The translations under genes were made by a program, and so were the position numbers. A stretch of DNA of 64,000 nt from Gaiellaceae bacterium. GTDB lineage: Bacteria > Actinomycetota > Thermoleophilia > Gaiellales > Gaiellaceae. The notes below the pieces were generated by a model, which was given only the letters and a program-made list of their open reading frames with translations, was not told where the DNA came from and searched no databases. The DNA lies in contig DATJOZ010000062.1 of assembly GCA_035506655.1 (NCBI GenBank), positions 3,619 through 67,618 on the forward strand, in the 5' to 3' direction. Below, in pieces: positions 61,521 through 64,000 of this stretch; the stretch's first letter is position 1; each line of letters opens with the position of its first letter.

Positions 61521-62479
61521 CCGTGACCGACGCGCCCCGGACGCATCCGCACCGACGCTACAACCCGCTCACGGGCGAGTGGGTGCTCGTCTCTCCGCGG
61601 CGAGACCGGCGCCCGTGGCGCGGTCAGGTCGAGCCGCCCGCGGGCGAGCCGCTGCCGGCCCACGACCGCGACTGCCACCTCTGTCCGGGGAACGAGCGCG
61701 CCGGCGGCACGCGCAACCCGCGCTACGACTCGACCTTCGTCTTCACCAACGACTTCCCGGCGCTCGTACCCGAGGACGGAGGCGAGTACGGCACGTGCCG
61801 CGTCGTCTGCTACTCGCCGCGACACGACCTCGGCCTCGGCGAGCTGCACCCGGACGCCGTCGAGGGCGTCGTCGACCTCTGGGCCGAGCAGTACGCCGAG
61901 CTCGGCGCCGATCCGCGCATCGGACACGTCCAGATCTTCGAGAACCGCGGCGAGGCGATGGGCGCGAGCAGCCCGCACCCGCACGGGCAGATCTGGGCGA
62001 CCGAGCACATCCCGACGCACGTCGCCCGCGAGCAGGAGCGCCTCCGCGAACGGCCGTCGCTCCTCGCCGACTACCTCGCGTCGGAGACGGAACGCATCGT
62101 CGAGGCGAACGAGCACGCCGTCGCGGCGGTCCCGTACTGGGCGGTGTGGCCGTACGAGACGCTCGTCGCGCCGCGGCGCCGCGCCGCGTCGCTCGTCGAG
62201 CTCGACGCCGAGGAGCGCGCGGCACTCGCGGCGCTCGTCCGCAGCCTCGTGCAGCGCTACGACCGGCTGTTCGAGACCCGCTTCCCGTACACCATGGGCA
62301 TTCACCAGGCGCCCACCGACGGCCGCCCGCATCCGGAGTGGCACCTGCACCTCCACTTCTACCCGCCGCTCTTGCGATCGGCGAACGTGCGCAAGTTCAT
62401 GGTCGGCTACGAGCTCCTCGCCGAGCCTCAGCGCGACTTCACCCCGGAAGAGGCCGCCGCCCGCCTCCAGACCGCATGA
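61508..62479 (+). CDS. galT: galactose-1-phosphate uridylyltransferase
   Basis: [18 protein letters not shown], the Zn site CHLCPGN, the active-site [11 protein letters not shown] and [19 protein letters not shown] are colinear with E. coli GalT. An alternative start is GTG 61523. Confidence 0.92.
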   Translation: MMFRAVTDAPRTHPHRRYNPLTGEWVLVSPRRDRRPWRGQVEPPAGEPLPAHDRDCHLCPGNERAGGTRNPRYDSTFVFTNDFPALVPEDGGEYGTCRVVCYSPRHDLGLGELHPDAVEGVVDLWAEQYAELGADPRIGHVQIFENRGEAMGASSPHPHGQIWATEHIPTHVAREQERLRERPSLLADYLASETERIVEANEHAVAAVPYWAVWPYETLVAPRRRAASLVELDAEERAALAALVRSLVQRYDRLFETRFPYTMGIHQAPTDGRPHPEWHLHLHFYPPLLRSANVRKFMVGYELLAEPQRDFTPEEAAARLQTA

Positions 62480-63513
62480 GCGCACGCGCGGTTCGGTCCC
62501 CCGGCCGGGTCAACCTCCTCGGCGAGCACACCGACTACAACGACGGCTTCGTCCTGCCGGTCGCGATCGACCTCTTCACGACCGTGCGTCTCCGTCCGCG
62601 CGGCGACGATCTCGTCACGGTCGAGGCGAGCGACCTCGGTGAACGCGATGCATTCCGACTCGACGCGATCGACCGCACCGGCACCTGGCGCGACTACGTC
62701 CGGGGCGTCGTTCGGCTCCTCCGACTCAGAAGCGGCGCCGAGCTCCACATCGCGAGCGAACTCCCCCGAGGCGCAGGGCTCTCCTCCTCGGCGGCGCTCG
62801 AGACCGCCGTCGCCCGCGCGCTCTCGGACCTCTCGCCGCGCGAGCTGGCACTGCTCTGCCGGCGCGCCGAGAACGAGTTCGTCGGCGTGAGCTGCGGGAT
62901 CATGGACCAGTTCACCGTCGCCAACGCGAAGGCCGGTCACGCGCTGCTGCTCGACTGCCGCGATCTCTCGTTCGAGCACATCCCGATCCCGCCGGAGATC
63001 AGGATCATGGTCTGCGACAGCCACGTCGACCGTCGGCTCGCGGACTCCGCGTACAACGAACGGCGCGATGCGTGCGCCCGGGCGGCGGCCGGGCTGGGTG
63101 TCCCCGCACTTCGCGACGCCGGTCTCGGGCAACTCGAACGGCTGCCGGCGGACCTCCGCAGAGTCGCGCGGCACGTCGTGACCGAGAACGCCCGTGTCCT
63201 CGAGGGCGCAGCGGAGCTGAGCGCGGGGAACCTCGGCGCGTTCGGAGCCCTCATGAACGAGTCGCACGCGAGCCTCCGGGACGACTTCGACGTCTGCCCG
63301 CCGGCTCTCGACACGCTGGCGGCGGCGGTCCGCGGGATTCCCGGCTGCTACGGCTGCCGGCTGACCGGCGCGGGATTCGGCGGCTGCACGGTCGCGCTGG
63401 TCGATCGAGCGTCGGTCGCAGACGTACGCCGTGCCGCGCAGGCGCTCGGCGCAAGCGTCTACGACTGCGCGAGCGTCGCCGGAGTCTCGGACGTGCCAAC
63501 CGGCCCCGGATGA
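62476..63513 (+). CDS. galK: galactokinase
   Basis: ATG 62476 overlaps the galT stop (ATGA). [19 protein letters not shown] and the GHMP motif [11 protein letters not shown] are present. Confidence 0.92.
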   Translation: MSARAVRSPGRVNLLGEHTDYNDGFVLPVAIDLFTTVRLRPRGDDLVTVEASDLGERDAFRLDAIDRTGTWRDYVRGVVRLLRLRSGAELHIASELPRGAGLSSSAALETAVARALSDLSPRELALLCRRAENEFVGVSCGIMDQFTVANAKAGHALLLDCRDLSFEHIPIPPEIRIMVCDSHVDRRLADSAYNERRDACARAAAGLGVPALRDAGLGQLERLPADLRRVARHVVTENARVLEGAAELSAGNLGAFGALMNESHASLRDDFDVCPPALDTLAAAVRGIPGCYGCRLTGAGFGGCTVALVDRASVADVRRAAQALGASVYDCASVAGVSDVPTGPG

Positions 63514-64000
63514 CGCGTCGGCGCCTCCCCGCCGCCGGCCGAGCCGGCGGTCTCCCGCAGCGGCACGTCGCGCAGCCGCCAGCTGAGGCCGAATGCGCCG
63601 AGCATGACCGCGGCGGCCGTGAGGAAGACGGGGTGGAGCGCGGCCGCATACGCCGCGATGTACGCCGCGTGAATCACGGGCGGGAGGTGCTGGACGGCGG
63701 CCGGGCTCCCATGCGTCGGCGCGTGCACGCCGGGCGGAAGCCGCCGGGCGAGCTCGTGAGCCAGGCGGTTGGTGAAGATCGCGCCGAACACGGAGACGCC
63801 GATCGAGCCGCCGACCTGGCGCGCGAGCGCCGCCCCGGACGTCGCCACTCCGAGCAGGCGGTGGTCGACCGCGTTCTGCGCAGCGAGCACGAGGACCTGC
63901 ATCGTGAGGCCGAGCCCGAGGCCGAGAACGAGCATGTCCGCGGCCGCCGTCGACGTCGGGGTCGCAACGCCGAGCCCGCCGAGGAGGTACAGGGCGACCG
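63459..64000 (-). CDS. C-terminal part of an MFS transporter (DHA2/EmrB-like); the 5' end lies outside the window
   Basis: The frame stays open to the window edge (..VALYLLGGLGVATPTSTAAADMLVLGLGLGLTMQVLVLAAQNAV..). LGLGLTMQ.L.LA.QNAV is typical of DHA2 TMS. Its 3' end overlaps galK by 55 nt. Confidence 0.7.
   Translation of the reverse strand, partial: VALYLLGGLGVATPTSTAAADMLVLGLGLGLTMQVLVLAAQNAVDHRLLGVATSGAALARQVGGSIGVSVFGAIFTNRLAHELARRLPPGVHAPTHGSPAAVQHLPPVIHAAYIAAYAAALHPVFLTAAAVMLGAFGLSWRLRDVPLRETAGSAGGGEAPTRHPGPVGTSETPATLAQS

Noticed and set aside
1-64000. CRISPR arrays, tandem repeats, tRNA/rRNA genes, insertion sequences, integrases, prophage or defence-system genes.
   Set aside because: I saw no regularly spaced direct repeats. 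I saw no tRNA-like T-arm consensus in the few non-coding gaps. No protein shows transposase, recombinase, nuclease-helicase or other typical defence motifs. The window looks like core metabolic chromosome.

Overview
64-kb, gene-dense chromosomal segment with roughly 70% GC judged by eye. It is actinobacterial in style, but the taxon cannot be fixed from sequence alone. I call 72 protein-coding genes. I saw no rRNA or tRNA genes, no CRISPR array, and no transposase, integrase or phage genes. Block 1 (1-5.9 kb) holds small membrane proteins and a phaE-like/phaC/GNAT/acyl-CoA-ligase operon. Block 2 (5.6-38.5 kb) is a large CoA-ester (lipid- or steroid-like) catabolic supercluster. It contains thiolases, two SCP-x-type thiolase + DUF35 pairs, acyl-CoA dehydrogenases including an alpha/beta pair, crotonases, acyl-CoA synthetases, many SDRs, an LLM oxidoreductase, an OYE-type dienoyl-CoA reductase, two TetR paralogues and an ABC importer fused into one of the operons. 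Block 3 (38.6-43 kb) holds a PhaZ-like hydrolase, a small helical protein, an XRE regulator, dodecin, a CSD protein and a BI-1 homologue. Block 4 (43-63.5 kb) is sugar and sugar-acid catabolism. It contains araA with a CUT1 ABC system, two enolase-superfamily dehydratases, kduD/eda/KDG-kinase, an L-fucono-lactonase-like amidohydrolase, L-fuconate dehydratase with a CUT2 ABC system, an AKR, galT-galK and two GntR regulators. Genes are packed by ATGA/GTGA stop-start overlaps at more than 20 junctions. I found no defence system or mobile element. The best candidate for something undescribed is regulatory and metabolic. A recurring AT-rich ~22-nt promoter/operator motif occurs at nine intergenic sites and ties the PHA synthase operon, the promoter region shared with the PhaZ-like gene, and five CoA-ester catabolic transcription units into one putative TetR regulon. 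Within that regulon sit a Cys-less (Ltp2-like, probably retro-aldolase) thiolase homologue and an iron/polyamine-type ABC importer translationally coupled to SDR and ACAD genes. A second repeated element (a 19-nt identity with a TATGATG core) marks the heads of four sugar-cluster transcription units. Many long Arg/Ala/Pro-rich ORFs in the supplied track are off-frame artefacts of the high GC content. All family assignments are from motif recognition by eye. No database search was run.
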